A DNA stretch of 64,000 nucleotides from Mobula hypostoma (Eukaryota): the NCBI RefSeq assembly GCF_963921235.1, contig NC_086107.1:111106001-111170000 (forward strand), written 5' to 3'. Each line of letters starts with the position of its first letter. Within the stretch, counting starts at the first letter, position 1. The notes beneath the pieces are model-generated. The model had not been told where the DNA came from and searched no databases. It worked only from the letters and a program-made list of their open reading frames with translations. Below, piece after piece: positions 51,880 through 64,000 of the stretch. The position numbers and the translations under genes are program-made.

Positions 51880-52031
51880 CAGGAATTCTGCAGATGCTGG
51901 AAATTCAAGCAACACACATCAAAGTTGCTGGTGAACACAGCAGGGAAGGGTCTCGGCCTGAAACGTCGACTGCGCCTCTTCCTATAGATGCTGCCTGGCC
52001 TGCTGCGTTCACCAGCAACTTTGATGTGTGT
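51880..52031. mobile_element. Short inverted Penelope terminal-repeat insertion
   Basis: caacacacatcaaagttgctggtgaac / gttcaccagcaactttgatgtgtgttg inverted; 16-bp TSD tgcaagtaataaacaa at 51864-51879 and 52032-52047. Confidence 0.85.
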
Positions 52032-52859
52032 TGCAAGTAATAAACAATCTGCTGGAAGAAATCAGTGGGTCAAAAAACATTGAAAACCTGCATTTCTTTA
52101 GCCAGAGGATGGTGAATCTGTGAACTCATTACCACGGATGTCTGTGGAGGACAAGTCATTGGGTATATTTCAAGCGGAGGTTGATAGACTCTGGATTAAG
52201 CAGGGTGTCAAAGGTTACGAGGAGGAGGCAAGAGAATGGGTTGAGACAGATAATAACCCATCCATGATGGAATGGCGGAGCCAACTCGATGGGCTGAATG
52301 GCCTCATTCTGCTCCTATATCTCATGGTCTTAGCGGGACTGAGAGTGGAGCGGTGAAGTGGCCAGCACAGAGAAGAGAAAGAGGTCCGAGGTGATCGGTG
52401 GGACTGAGGAGGGGTGGCATGGTACCGTAGTGGTTAGCACAACGCCTTACAGTCCAGGTGACCGGAGTTCAATTCCCGCTGCTGCCTGTGAAGAGATTGT
52501 ACGTTCTCCCCATGACTGCGTGGGTTTCCTCCAATTTCCTCCCACAGTCCAAAGACGTACTGGTTGGTAGGTTAATTGGTCATTGTAAGTTGTCCCATGA
52601 TTAGGCTAGGGTTAACTCAGAGGATTGTTGGACAGCGTGGCTTGTAGTGCTGGAAAGACCTATTCTGCACTGTCTCAATAAATAAATAAATAAATAAGGG
52701 CTAGTAGTCTGTGATATATTTTTGGTTGGATAGTTTATTATTGTCAAATGTACCAAGATACAGTGATAAATCTTGCTTGTATGTTAGCCAGATAGATCAC
52801 TCATAAATACATGGAGGTAGTACCAAAGGAAGATAAAAACATTCAGAATGCAGAATGTA

Positions 52860-53272
52860 GTCTCAGTGAACACATTCTGAGGTACCTCCTGCACCTAATA
52901 AAGTGGTCACTGAGTGTATGTTCATGGTCTTCTGCTGCTGTAGCCCGTCCACTTCCAGGTTCGACGTGCTGTGTGTTCAGAGACGCTCTTCCGCACACCA
53001 CTGTTGTAACGTGTGGTTATTTGAGTTGCTGTCGCCTTCCTGTCAGTTTGAACCAGTCTGGCCATTCTCCTCTGACCTCTCTCAATAACGAGGTGTTTTC
53101 ACCCACAGAACTGCCGCTCACTGGATGAGTTTTGGTTTTTTTTTGCTCTCTTGGATCTCTTGGCCATATCTACATGCTTTTATGCACTGAATTGCTGCTA
53201 CACGATTGGCTGATTAGATACTTACATCAATGAGCACATGTATCACTGTACCTAATAAAGTGGTCACTGAGG
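52860..53272. mobile_element. Tc1-derived MITE (same family as 13884-14516)
   Basis: Shared internal sequence and TIR tacctaataaagtggtcactgag. Confidence 0.8.
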
Positions 53273-54572
53273 AGCTAGGAAAGATAGTGCCAGCTGTTTC
53301 TGCAGGCGCAGGGGACTTCTTCCAATTCATCCATGAACCAGCTTATTCTTCTTTTATGTCATTCTTTTCTCTTCAAGGTGGTTGGGGGGTTCTGTCTGAG
53401 TCTGTGATCTGCAGTCCAAAGTACGGTTCTTCACTTGCGGAGTGTTTTCAGACCGGCTGCATGCCCTGGCGTTTCACTGTCTCCAGAAACAGCCTGGAAA
53501 ACGTGTGCCTTTGGTGAGCATAGACGACTCAATTCCTCACTGGTTTTGCCGACTGAAGAGTCGTGGGAGACAAACAGCGGGACAGCAGGCGGTGTGTGCT
53601 GTTGTCAGAAGAAGGCCCCTGCACTCGAGCAAACCCTCTCTCTCTCAATTGATGGAGGCTGAAAGATTGTCAGTCCTTGAGTGAGGGGGCTTGAGAAAGC
53701 GACGTAGAAGTTTGTAACATCGGAACAGCAAGCTGTTGATCTCCACTCTCGCTGCTGAAGGGGTGACCTCTCTCTCCCTCTTTGGAGTGAGAGAGAGCCT
53801 GTCTGAGATACAAAAGTGCTGGGATGGACTGGAGATTTTCACGGTCTCTTTGGGGGCTTTTCTATTGCTTGCATGGTGGGGGGAGGGTCTGGTGCTTTTG
53901 CTGGAGCAAGTCAGGAGAGGGAGAGAGGGAGGGGGCTTTGGGGTTCTGGCATTTCTGTCATTCATTCTTTGGGTTTTTTTCCTACTGTTTTGTGGATGTC
54001 TGTGGAGAGTACGAATTTCAGGTAGTATACTGTATACGTTCTCTGATATTAAATGGAGCCATTGAACCATTGACGACTTTCCATAAGCCATAACATATAG
54101 GAGCAGAAATAGGCCATTCGGCCCATCGAGTCTGCTTTGCCATTCAATCATGGGCTGATCCATTTCTTCCAGTCATCCCCACTCTCCTGCTTTCACCCCA
54201 TACCCTTTGATGCCCTGGCTAATCAAGAACCTATCTATCTCTGCCTTAAATACACCCAATGACTTGGCCTCCATAACCATTCGTGGCAACAAATTCCACA
54301 GATTTACTACCCTCTGACTAAAGTAATTTCTCCGTTTCTCCGTTCTAAGTGGATGCCCTTCAGTCCTGAAGTTGTGCCCTCTTTCTGGCTAGCTGTACTT
54401 ACTGAGAGGCCAGCAAATGTTGCAATTATATCGACACCAACACAACAGATTTGTTGACAACACTACAACCCATGGAGAATGCTGTAGTGGGCACAGCCTT
54501 GAATGGGATCCCTGTTTAATATGTACCTGAGACAGCGGTCTGCACCCTCAGGATCGACATATCTCGCTTGAC

Positions 54573-54945
54573 AACACTCACAGCACGCTGGAGGAATTCA
54601 GCGGGTCGGGCAGCGTCCGTGGCAAAGATCGGTCGACGTTTCAGGCCGGAATCCTTCGTCAGGACTGAAGAGGGAAGGGGCAGAGGCCCTATAAAGAAGG
54701 TGGGAGAGGGTGGGAAGGAAAAGGCTGGTAGGTGCCAGGTGAAAAACCAGTAAGGGGAAAGATAAAGGGGTGGGGGAGGGGAAGCAGGGAGGTGATAGGC
54801 ACGAAAGGTGAAGAAGGAATAGGGGAAAACACAATGGGTAGTAGAAGGAGGCGGAACCATGAGGAAGGTGATAGGCAGCTGGGGAAGGGGGCAGCGTGTT
54901 GTGAGTGTTGCTTTGACCCCAGCATCTGCAGATTATTTTGTGTTT
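54573..54945 (-). mobile_element. Penelope terminal repeat with short inverted end and intact hammerhead core
   Basis: Minus strand cagtc CTGACGA aggattccggcct GAAA CGTC gaccg; 14-bp TSD atatctc(g/t)cttgac at 54559-54572 and 54946-54959. Confidence 0.85.
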
Positions 54946-56789
54946 ATATCTCTCTTGACGTTCCTGACCCACATCAAAACCCCCCACTTTGCCAGACCGC
55001 CCATGCCTTTTGTACTCCAGTGTAGTGCTACAGTCTCGGAGATCGTACCATGCTGGTAGACAAATAAAGTGTGAGGGCCCTGACGAGGTAGATTGTGAGA
55101 TATTGAGCTAAGGTGTGGACTAGGCCCTTCCAGTCCTTTGAACCACACTCCATAGCATCCCCAATTTAACCCTAGTCAATGAACAACAATTGCTTCCTGA
55201 ATACTTTTTGCTGTATCTTATGGATTTTGGGGTGCTAATCATGAAAATCACTATGAAGTTTCCCTATCACGCACCATTCTTTTGAAATTGCCTGTATTTG
55301 TTATTCATAATTCAAAAACAAAATAATACCCATTATGCCATTGGTATTTAGGGCAGCAATGAAGGTTCTCCATCTCTGGTGGTGTTCAGGGCTTCCTTCA
55401 TCATGCCAATGGCTTCCTCTCGGTTTTCACTACTGTCACTCATGCAAGTCCCGGGTGGAGACTCAGGAATACCGTCACACTCAGATATAGAAGGATTCTT
55501 CATTGCTGTTTCCGTAACAGTTTTGTTTTACCAGTCAGGGTTGTTAGCCCTGAGCTGAACCCCCAAATCTGGAGGACCAGTAGATCATACTTTGTCTGGC
55601 CTTTACCCTTTGACCTGTTTGGCATGGGTGACCCCACCAAGAGCCAAAGCATAAAGAGGCGATAATGAGGGACCAGGTGAGATCATCTGTACTGTGAGCT
55701 CTCAGGAACTTGCATCTGTTTAAAGATTATTGGTCTCTTTCTCTTTCCACGGATACTCACTGCCCTGGTGAATATTCACAGTATTTTATGTTTTTGATTC
55801 AGTTATCTTACTGGGGCAGATTCAAAAGGCTGAACGGCCTGTTCCTGATCTAACTCAGTATATTGTTACAGGAAAATAGGGCTGAGAGATGGTTGAAGGG
55901 CGGTAATGCTGAGGGCACCTCTGCTCCATCCACCAAACATTTTAATTCCAATTCTCTTTCCCATTCTGACATGTTGGTCCGTGGCCTCCTCTTGTGCTGG
56001 GATGGGGCCACCCTTAGGGTGGAGGAGAAACACCTTATATTCCATCTGGGTAGTCTCCAACCTGATGGTAAGAACATCAATTTATCCTTCCAGTAGCTTT
56101 TTTCACTCCCCATCCCCTCTTCCTCTATTCCCCACTCTGGCATTTTATCTCTTCTCATCTGCCTATCACTTCCCCCTGGGTCCCTTCCTCCTTCACTTTC
56201 TCCCATGGTCCACTCTCCTCTCCTATCAGATTCCTTCTTCTCCAGCCCTTGACCTTTCCCACCCACCTGGCTTCACCAATCACCTTCCAGCTAGCCAACT
56301 TCCCCTCCCCCTACCTTTTTATATTGACGTCTTCCCCCTTCCTTCTCAGTCCTGAAGAAGGGTCTTGGCTTGAAATGCTGACTGTTTATTGATTTCTATA
56401 GATGCTGCCTGGCCTGCTGAGCTCCTCCAGCATTTTGTGCGTGTTGCCTTGGATTTCCAGCATCTACAGAATTTCTTGGGTTTATGATGTGCTAAGGGAT
56501 TCTTTTGCTATTTGGCAGTTGTGTTTACATACAGGGTTATTGGACCTGTAGGGTACAGCGTAATTGTTCTTGGGCAGTAGAGGTCCATTGGTGACACAGT
56601 CAGACTGTCAGGGTGACAGATTCGGAAATGACTATGCCGCAGGGGACATAATGGCCCTATTTGTGCTTGGGTAATCAGGGAAGAAAAGCTGATTGAAGAA
56701 AAAACACAGAGAAATAGAAATACAGATGAAAGATCTTCGATCTGAAGCATTATCTCTGCTTCTCTCCTCAGATGTTATCTGAACTGCCA

Positions 56790-57540
56790 AGTACAGACAT
56801 AGACATAGAAGAGAACAGCACAGGAATAGGCTATTCAGCCTACAATGTCATGCCGAACCAACTAAAAAGCAGATCCCCTACTTCCTCAATCGACACCAGG
56901 TCCATATCACTCCATCTTCCTTACATCCATGACCCTATCCAAACATCCCTTAAAAGCCTCTAATGTATTTCTACCACCATACCAGGCAACACGTTCCAGG
57001 CATCCATGACTCTCTGAGTAAAAAATTTACCCTTCACATCCCCTTTTGAACCTACCCCCTCTCACCTTCAATGCATGCCCTCTGGTATTAGACATTTCTA
57101 CCCTGGGAAACAAGTACTCTCTGTCCACTCTGTCTAAGCCTCTCATAACGTTGTAAACCTCTGTCAGATCTCCCCTCAGCCTCCAGCACTCCAGAGAAAA
57201 CGACCTGAGTTTATCCAGCCTCTCATGATACCACATGCCCTCTAAACCAGCCAGGAACCTGGTAAACCTCTTCTGCTCCCTCTCCAACATCCTTCCTACA
57301 GTGGGGAGACAGGAACTGTATGCAATACTCCAGATGTGGCCAAACCAGAGTTTTATAATGTTGCAACATAACCTCCTGACTTTTTAACTCAATGCCTTGA
57401 CTAGTAAAAGCAAGAATTCCATAAGCCTTCTTAGCCACCTATCGACCTGTGTAGCCACTTTCAAGGAGCTATGAACCTGGACCCCAGGATTTCTCTGCTC
57501 AGCAACACTGTTGGCCTTAACAGGGTACTGTCTCCTCGTG
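56790..57540 (-). mobile_element. CR1 LINE 3' portion
   Basis: AKKAYGILAFTSQGIELKSQEVMLQHYKTLVWPHLEYC peptide. Confidence 0.88.
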
Positions 57541-57664
57541 CTTTATGTTCTTTCTCCTCTGATAACCAGTGAGGTAGTTGCAGAGATGGTGGTGTTTCAG
57601 CTCATTGCCACCCATTCCCAGGGAGTGGGTGCAACCATCAATGTTTATTTAATCCACGTGTATC

Positions 57665-58915
57665 TAGAAAATGGATTTTACCTGAGGTGTTAGCCGCTTA
57701 CATCTCTGCCAACCCAGAAAGCCCGCAGCCTTTGTCAAAGCTGGAGACCAACCACAGCCTCCACCCAGATCACCAGCAGGCTTGTTCGCCACAGGGTCTG
57801 ACTGGCAACTGAAAGTCGATCTGGGCAAGCAGTTAAAGTTCCCTGTCTTCATCGCCTCGTCGTCCCTGAGCTTGACATGGTCACTCTGTCAGAAACCTCA
57901 AAGCAGGTGGCCGTGGTAGAACTGACAGTGCCTCGGGAAGACCAGGCTGAGGAGGCGTTTGACCGTAAGAAAGCCAAACACCAGGAGCTGGCAGAGCAGT
58001 GTCAGGGACAGGGGCGGAGGGCACGATGTGAGCCTGTAGAGGCAGCGTGCCGAGGTTTTGCTGGTTGCTTGCTGTGCAGAACCTGCCCTCACCATGACAT
58101 TACAGGGGCTGCAAAGAAACGAGCCATCAGGACCAACAGGATATCGTATCTGTAAGTAGGATGCCGTGCACAATTCTGATTTGATGGAGACAGACGTGAG
58201 AAGGCACGGAGGAACATCTGGAGAAATTTCTGAAATGCTCGGTTCGCTGCCGCTGCTACTGTGCGGTCGAGAATCTCCGGAGGGAAGGCCCCAAAATCCC
58301 CGGCTTTGCCTGCTGCTGGCGACCGAGGCTGAGGTCGAATCGTTCGGATAGAGATGGTGCTCGGTACTCGGTATCAGAGGGCTGATCAGAGCTCGAAGTT
58401 TTCGGATGACTCAGAGTCAGACTGTGGTCGGGCATGGCAGGGAGAGTTATCTTCCTTCTCCTGTCTGCGTGAGATATGGGACTTTCGAGAGACTTTGAAC
58501 TTTTTTACTGTGCCATGGCCCGTTCTTCATCAAGTTATGGTATTGTTGCACTGTTGTAACTATATGTTATAATTATGTGGTTTTTGTTAGTTTTTCAGTC
58601 TTGGTCTGTCTTGTGTTTCTGTGATATCACACCGGAGGAATATTGTATCATTTCTTAATGCATGCATTACTAAATGACAATAAAAGAGGACTGCGTGTCC
58701 TCATAATCTAATCTAATCTAATCACAGAGGCTACTGAGCAAGCCTCCAGATGGCTATGGATCAAAAGGTGTGACCCGTGGACCAATGGTGCTGGACACAA
58801 GCCAGGGCCTGATCTACCCTGGCAGGGTCACCTGGGTGAGGGTGTCTGATGTTGAAAGACCCGAAACGCACAATGACCCCAGGTTACATCACTGGCGATG
58901 TGTCCCAGCATGTCC
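57665..58915 (+). mobile_element. HERO/NeSL-like non-LTR retrotransposon 3' end (restriction-like endonuclease), interrupted at 58140-58722
   Basis: DMVTLSETSKQVAVVELTVP.E..EEAFDRKKAKHQEL..C..RARCEPVE..CRGF, resuming TEATEQASRWLWIKR after the insertion. Confidence 0.75.
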
Positions 58916-59319
58916 TAGACTGTGTCTCAGCGGCATATTAGGTATGGTGCCCAATTGGATATCTTCCTACACACACATAAATGTTGTAAAATTGATAGTG
59001 AATAGGTGTGTAATAATACTGAGATTGTTTTCAGCATACAGATGCACTAAATCACGACCTGTCAAGATTCAAGATTAAAGATTCAAGATTGTTTATTGTC
59101 ATTCTTCAGCACACAAGTGTAAAGGAGAATGAAATGATTGCTACTCCAGATCTGATGCAGCATAAAAAATACAATAAATATAAATATAAAAGCAATCTTA
59201 TAAAATGCAATGTACAAATAACCATTGACTGTGGCCATATATACATGAGATTAGTTTATAGACATAGACTGATTTTATGTAAATAAAGTGACACTACGTC
59301 AGGAGTATCTGTATGTAAG

Positions 59320-59692
59320 GTGACGTACAAGATTATTAAGGGATTGGACACGCTAGAGGCAGGAAACATGTTCCCGATGTTGGGGGAGTCCAGAACCAGA
59401 GGCCACAGTTTAAGAATAAGGGGTAGACAATTTAGAACGGAGTTGAGGAAAAACTTTTTCACACAGAGGGCTGTGGTTCTGTGGAATGCTCTGCCTCAGA
59501 AGGCAGTGGAAGCCAATTCTCTGGATTCTTTCAAAAAAGAGTTAGATAGAGCTCTTAAAGACGGCGGAGTGAAGGGATATGGGGAGAAGGCAGGAAAAGG
59601 GTACTGATTGTGGATGATCAGCCATGATCATAGTGAATGGTGGTGCTGGCTCGAAGGGCTGAATGGCCTACTCTTGCACCTATTGTCTATTG
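59320..59692 (+). mobile_element. Young CR1 3' end nested in an L2-like fragment
   Basis: TYKIIKGLDTLEAGNMFPMLGESRTRGHSL; tattgtctattgt tail. Confidence 0.9.
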
Positions 59693-59984
59693 TGACTCTG
59701 GTAGGAAATGATCAGGAGACAAAGTGACTTGGCAAGAGGAACTCTCCAAGGTACTGTAGAGGGGATATGAAACATGGGGTGGTGGGGTGGGTTAATGGGT
59801 GGAGGTGTTGGTGGGCTTGATGGCTTGGGGGACGTAACTGGTCCTGGTGTGGATGTTGCTTAGCCGCTTCCCTGATGGGAGCGGGACAAGCAGTCCATGA
59901 GCAAGGTGCTTCCAATGCCCATCAGAGGCCAACTCCTGACCTGGTTTCATACAGTTGTGTTTTTAGGTTGAGAGTGCTTTTTCT

Positions 59985-61320
59985 TAAAGGCTTTAAGAAT
60001 AAGGCAGGAAATGATAGGCTGGTGAGCCTGATATCAGTAGTGCCAAAGTTATTGGAAGGGACTGGAAATACATGTATCTGGATAGACAGCGACTGATTAG
60101 GGATAGTCAACATGGTTTTGTGCGTGGTAAGTCACGTCTAGCAAATGTCATAGAATTTTTTGAGGAAGTGACGAGGAGAGTGGATGAAGGCGAGGCAGTG
60201 GATGCTGTCTACCTGGAGTTTAGCAAGGTCCTTAACAAGGTCTCCCACGGGAGGTTGGTCAAGAAGCTGCAGTCGCTTGACATTGAAGATGAGGTAGTAA
60301 ATTGGATTAGACATTAGCTTTGCGGGAGAAGCCAGAGAGTCGTTATAGATGGTTGCCCCTCCGACAGGAGACCAGTTGTGTGCCACAGGAATTAGTGCTG
60401 GGTCCGTTGTTACTTGTCATCTACATCTTTGATCTGGATGATAATGTGGTTAACTGGATCAGCAAATTTGCAGATGACACCAAGATTGGGGGTGTAGTGG
60501 ACAGCAAGGAAGACTATCATAGCTTGCAGCAGGATCCGGACCAGCTGGAAAAATGGGCTGAAAAATGGCAGATGGAATTTAATCCAGGTAAGTGCGAGGT
60601 GATGTACTTCCGTAGGACCAATCGGGGTAGGTCTTTCACAGTGAACGGTACGGCACCAAGGACTGTGGCAGAACAGAGGGATCTGGGAATACAAGTCCAT
60701 AATTCATTGAATGTGGTGTCACGGGTAGATGCAGTTGTAGAGAAAGCTTTTGGCACATTGACCTTCATAAATCAACATGTTGAGTACAGGAGATGGGATG
60801 TTATGTCAAAATTGTGTAGGACATTAGTAAGACCTAATAGTCATAGTCATAGTCATAGTCATAGTCATACTTTATTGATCCCGGGGGAAATTGGTTTTCA
60901 TTACAGTTGCACCATAAATAATAAATAGTAGTAAAACCATAAATAGTTAAATAGTAATATGTAAATTATGCCAGGAAGTAAGTCCAGGACCAGCCTATTG
61001 GCTCAGGGTGTCTGACCCTCCAAGGGAGGAGTTGTAAAGTTTGATGGCCACAGGCAGGAATGACTTCCTATGACGCTCTGTGTTGCATCTTGGTGGAATG
61101 AGTCTCTGGCTGAATGTACTCCTGTGCCCACCCAGTACATTATATAGTGGATGGGAGACATTGTCCAAGATGGCATGCAATTTCAAGTGTTGAGTCCAGT
61201 TCTGATTACCTACTTACAGGCAAGATGTAAGAGTACAGGGACAATTTACAAGGATGGTGCTGGGTCTGCAGGACCTGAGTTATAAGAAAAGATTGAATGG
61301 GTTAGGACTGTATTCCCTTG
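59985..61320 (+). mobile_element. Decayed CR1 RT region with - strand L2-like 3' end inserted at ~60838-61182
   Basis: DSQHGFVRGKS, ISKFADDTKIGG peptides; (tagtca)n tail marks the nested element. Confidence 0.88.
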
Positions 61321-61734
61321 AGTTCTGTCGTCACGTTTCAGCTTCAGTTCTGTAGTTGGTTCATCTCCGTGTTCAACAGGGTCTGGGTGTTGGGCTCTTG
61401 TTGCCATTACATTGAGTCTTTGTTAAGAAGACCTAAACCTTGTTTGAAATCACAGGAGACTGCAAATACTGGCGTCTGGAGCAAAAGGTGAACTGCTGGA
61501 AGGAAGTCAGTGGGCCAGGCAGCTTGTAAGGAGGCAAAGGAACAGTTGATGTGTCAGGTTGAGGTCCTAAAACAAGATCCTGAGACCAGCTGAGATCTTC
61601 CAGTTGTCTGCACTCTGTGACCCCTTCATTAGACACACCCAGGCACCTGCTCATTATCTAATCAGCCAATCATGCGGCAGCAACTCAAGGCAGAAAAGCA
61701 CGTAGACATGGTCAAGAGGCTCAGTTGTTGAACT

Positions 61735-62129
61735 CATTGAAAGGCCTAGACAGAGTGGATGTGGAGAGGATGTTTCCTATGGTGGGGGAGTCTAGGACCA
61801 GAGGGCACAACCTCAGAACAGAGAGATGTACATTTAGAACAAAGATAAGAAGGAATTTCTTTAGCCAATGGGTGGTGAATCTGTGGAATTCATTGCCACA
61901 GATGGTTGTAGTGGCCATTTCATTCAGTACATTTAAAGCTGAGGTTGATAGGTTCTTGGTTAGTCAGGACCAGCAGGTCTCAAGTCCCAATTTTTGTGAT
62001 GTCACTGTGTTTTTAGTATGTTCCAATATTACATCAGTGACCATTCAAGAAAGAGCTTTTTATTTCTTCAAATGTCCACTGAAACATCCCGAGTGTGGGA
62101 ATGATAGCTGAGAATTACAAGGCTCTGAA

Positions 62130-62160
<31 letters not shown>

Positions 62161-62560
62161 CTTCTTCCTTCTGAGGTGATTCTCCCCTTTGGTGTTGGCC
62201 GCAAAGCTTGTGATTCTGATTCGGGGAAGGCTGTCCCCCTCCCCCCTTAGATCTTGATGAGGTCATGTCGCCAGGTATGACCCCATTGTGACACTGCTTG
62301 ATGTTGCCATGGTATCGATTGTTGCCTTTGTTTTGTATGTATATATAGTGGGGGAGTCTAGGACCAGAGGGCACAACCTCAGAACAGAGAGATGTACATT
62401 TAGAACAAAGATAGGAAGGAATTTCTTTAGCCAGAAGGTGGTGCATCTGTGGAATTCATTGCCACAGATGGTTGTAGTGGCCAATGAGGTTGATAGGTTC
62501 TTGGTCAGTCAGGACATCAAAGGTTACAGGGAGTAGGCAGGAAAATGGGGTTGAGAGGGA
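61735..62560 (+). mobile_element. CR1 3' fragment with local direct duplication
   Basis: 61782-61970 repeated at 62348-62515. Confidence 0.8.
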
Positions 62561-64000
62561 TAACAAATCCCACTTCAACTCTGCTTCCCATTCCCATTCA
62601 GATATGTCCATACATGGCCTCCTCTACTGCCATGATGAGGCTAAACTCAGGTTGGAGGAGCAACACCTCATATACCGTCTAGGTAGTCTCCAGCCCCTTG
62701 GTATGAACATAGAATTCTCCAACTTCTGGTAATTCCCTCCCCCTCCCTTCCTCTATCCCTATTTCACTCTACCCCCTCCTCCAGCTCCCTCATGGTTCCG
62801 CCTCCTTCTTCTACCACCCATTGTTTTCAGGGTTATGACGTCAATGCTTCCCCTCCCCCACCCCTTTGTCTTTCTAATTACTGGTCTATCAACTGACGCT
62901 ACAAGCATTCTTCAAATCCTTCCCTATCTTTCATTCTTCAGTCCTGACGAAGGGTTCCGGCCTGAAACATCGACTCATCGTTTCTGACTGATGCCGCCCG
63001 ACCTGCTGAGTTCATCCAGCATACTGAAGGTGTTGCTTTGATCTTTTACAGCATCTGCAGATTATTTTATATATATAGTCTTGGTGTTCACCTGATCTAC
63101 CAGACGCAGTCTATTCCTCGTTGCCCCCTGTTAATCTCCATTAGGAGGCCAGCCAGCACATCTGTGTGAACATTTTGAATACCCCTCAATCTATCCTTAA
63201 TCTGACCTCTTCCCTTTTATTACTGAGATGAATGTATTAGCATCATTTATATATTTAATGCTGCATGAGAAATTTATTCGATCCATGTGTTACATCCCAT
63301 TTAAACTGGTGGATTACAGTTTACAAAAGGCCAGACCTCCTGAGGGTGAGGTACATGAGGCTCGAGGACCAGCATGGGATTCAGGCGGAGGTTGTGGTAT
63401 CCTGGAGAGAAACATCTCGTTGCTTGCACTGCAGTTGGAGGACAACAAGGAGGACAGGAGTTGGCCAAGTCACGGGCACTTCCATTACTTGCTGCGTTAC
63501 CTAAACGAGATCAGGACCCAGACCCAGAACATCAGTGGTTTGACTTAGATCTCAAGTCCCTCCCTGATGCAGAGGGTGGGGACCTTCTTGCCTCCGCTAT
63601 CTGCCAGGCCAAGAAAACTTATCAAAGAATGGCTTCCGCCTTAGGCAGGAAACTCTTTCCCATTCACCCCCCTCTCCCAGGAGCCTCCACATTTAGTAGT
63701 CAAACTTCCCCATCAATCGAGGAGGGGGCAATGTCCAAGTCAGATCCCCGGCCATCATGGCTTTCTTTCATGCACCTCAAAGGACCTAAAACTTTCTCAC
63801 TTTTCAAGCTTAGTAGAGGTGCTTTACTGTAAATAATTTTGTTGTAATATCAATTTCTTCCAGTAAATAAATTTCCACCCCCTTCCTCTAATCCCCACTC
63901 TTACTTCTTCTCACCTGCCTATCACCTCCTCCTGGCGCCCCTCTTCTTTCCTTTCTCCAATGGTCCACTCTCCTCTCCTATCAGATTCCTTCCTCTCCAG

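Noticed and set aside
23450..64000. Exons of a neighbouring host gene (e.g. emp1, adjacent to GRIN2B in mammals)
   Set aside because: No recognisable non-TE peptide with splice sites was found; short exons could have been missed by eye.

Overview
Vertebrate genomic DNA, most likely from a cartilaginous fish (shark/ray). That is an inference from abundant HE1/V-SINE-type SINEs, CR1 LINEs and Penelope elements. The only host gene I can support is the 3' end of grin2b (NMDA receptor subunit GluN2B) on the + strand: the penultimate coding exon (503-741, M4 helix) and the large terminal exon (4361-6124, C-terminal domain ending [11 protein letters not shown]). A possible ~17 kb 3' UTR ends at a strong poly(A) context at ~23290. 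The rest is a dense mosaic of retroelements (CR1, L2/Rex-like, RTE, HERO, several Penelope families, a split Gypsy element), SINEs and Tc1/pogo remnants. The most notable signals are: (1) many minimal hammerhead-ribozyme motifs in Penelope terminal repeats, one intact and in sense orientation in the last grin2b intron; (2) a tandem triplication of the exon end and splice donor just after the M4 exon; (3) a poly-Gly tract in the GluN2B tail where the mammalian PKA site S1166 would lie; (4) recurrent TSD-flanked inverted Penelope termini. Repeat family names and boundaries were judged by eye and are approximate.
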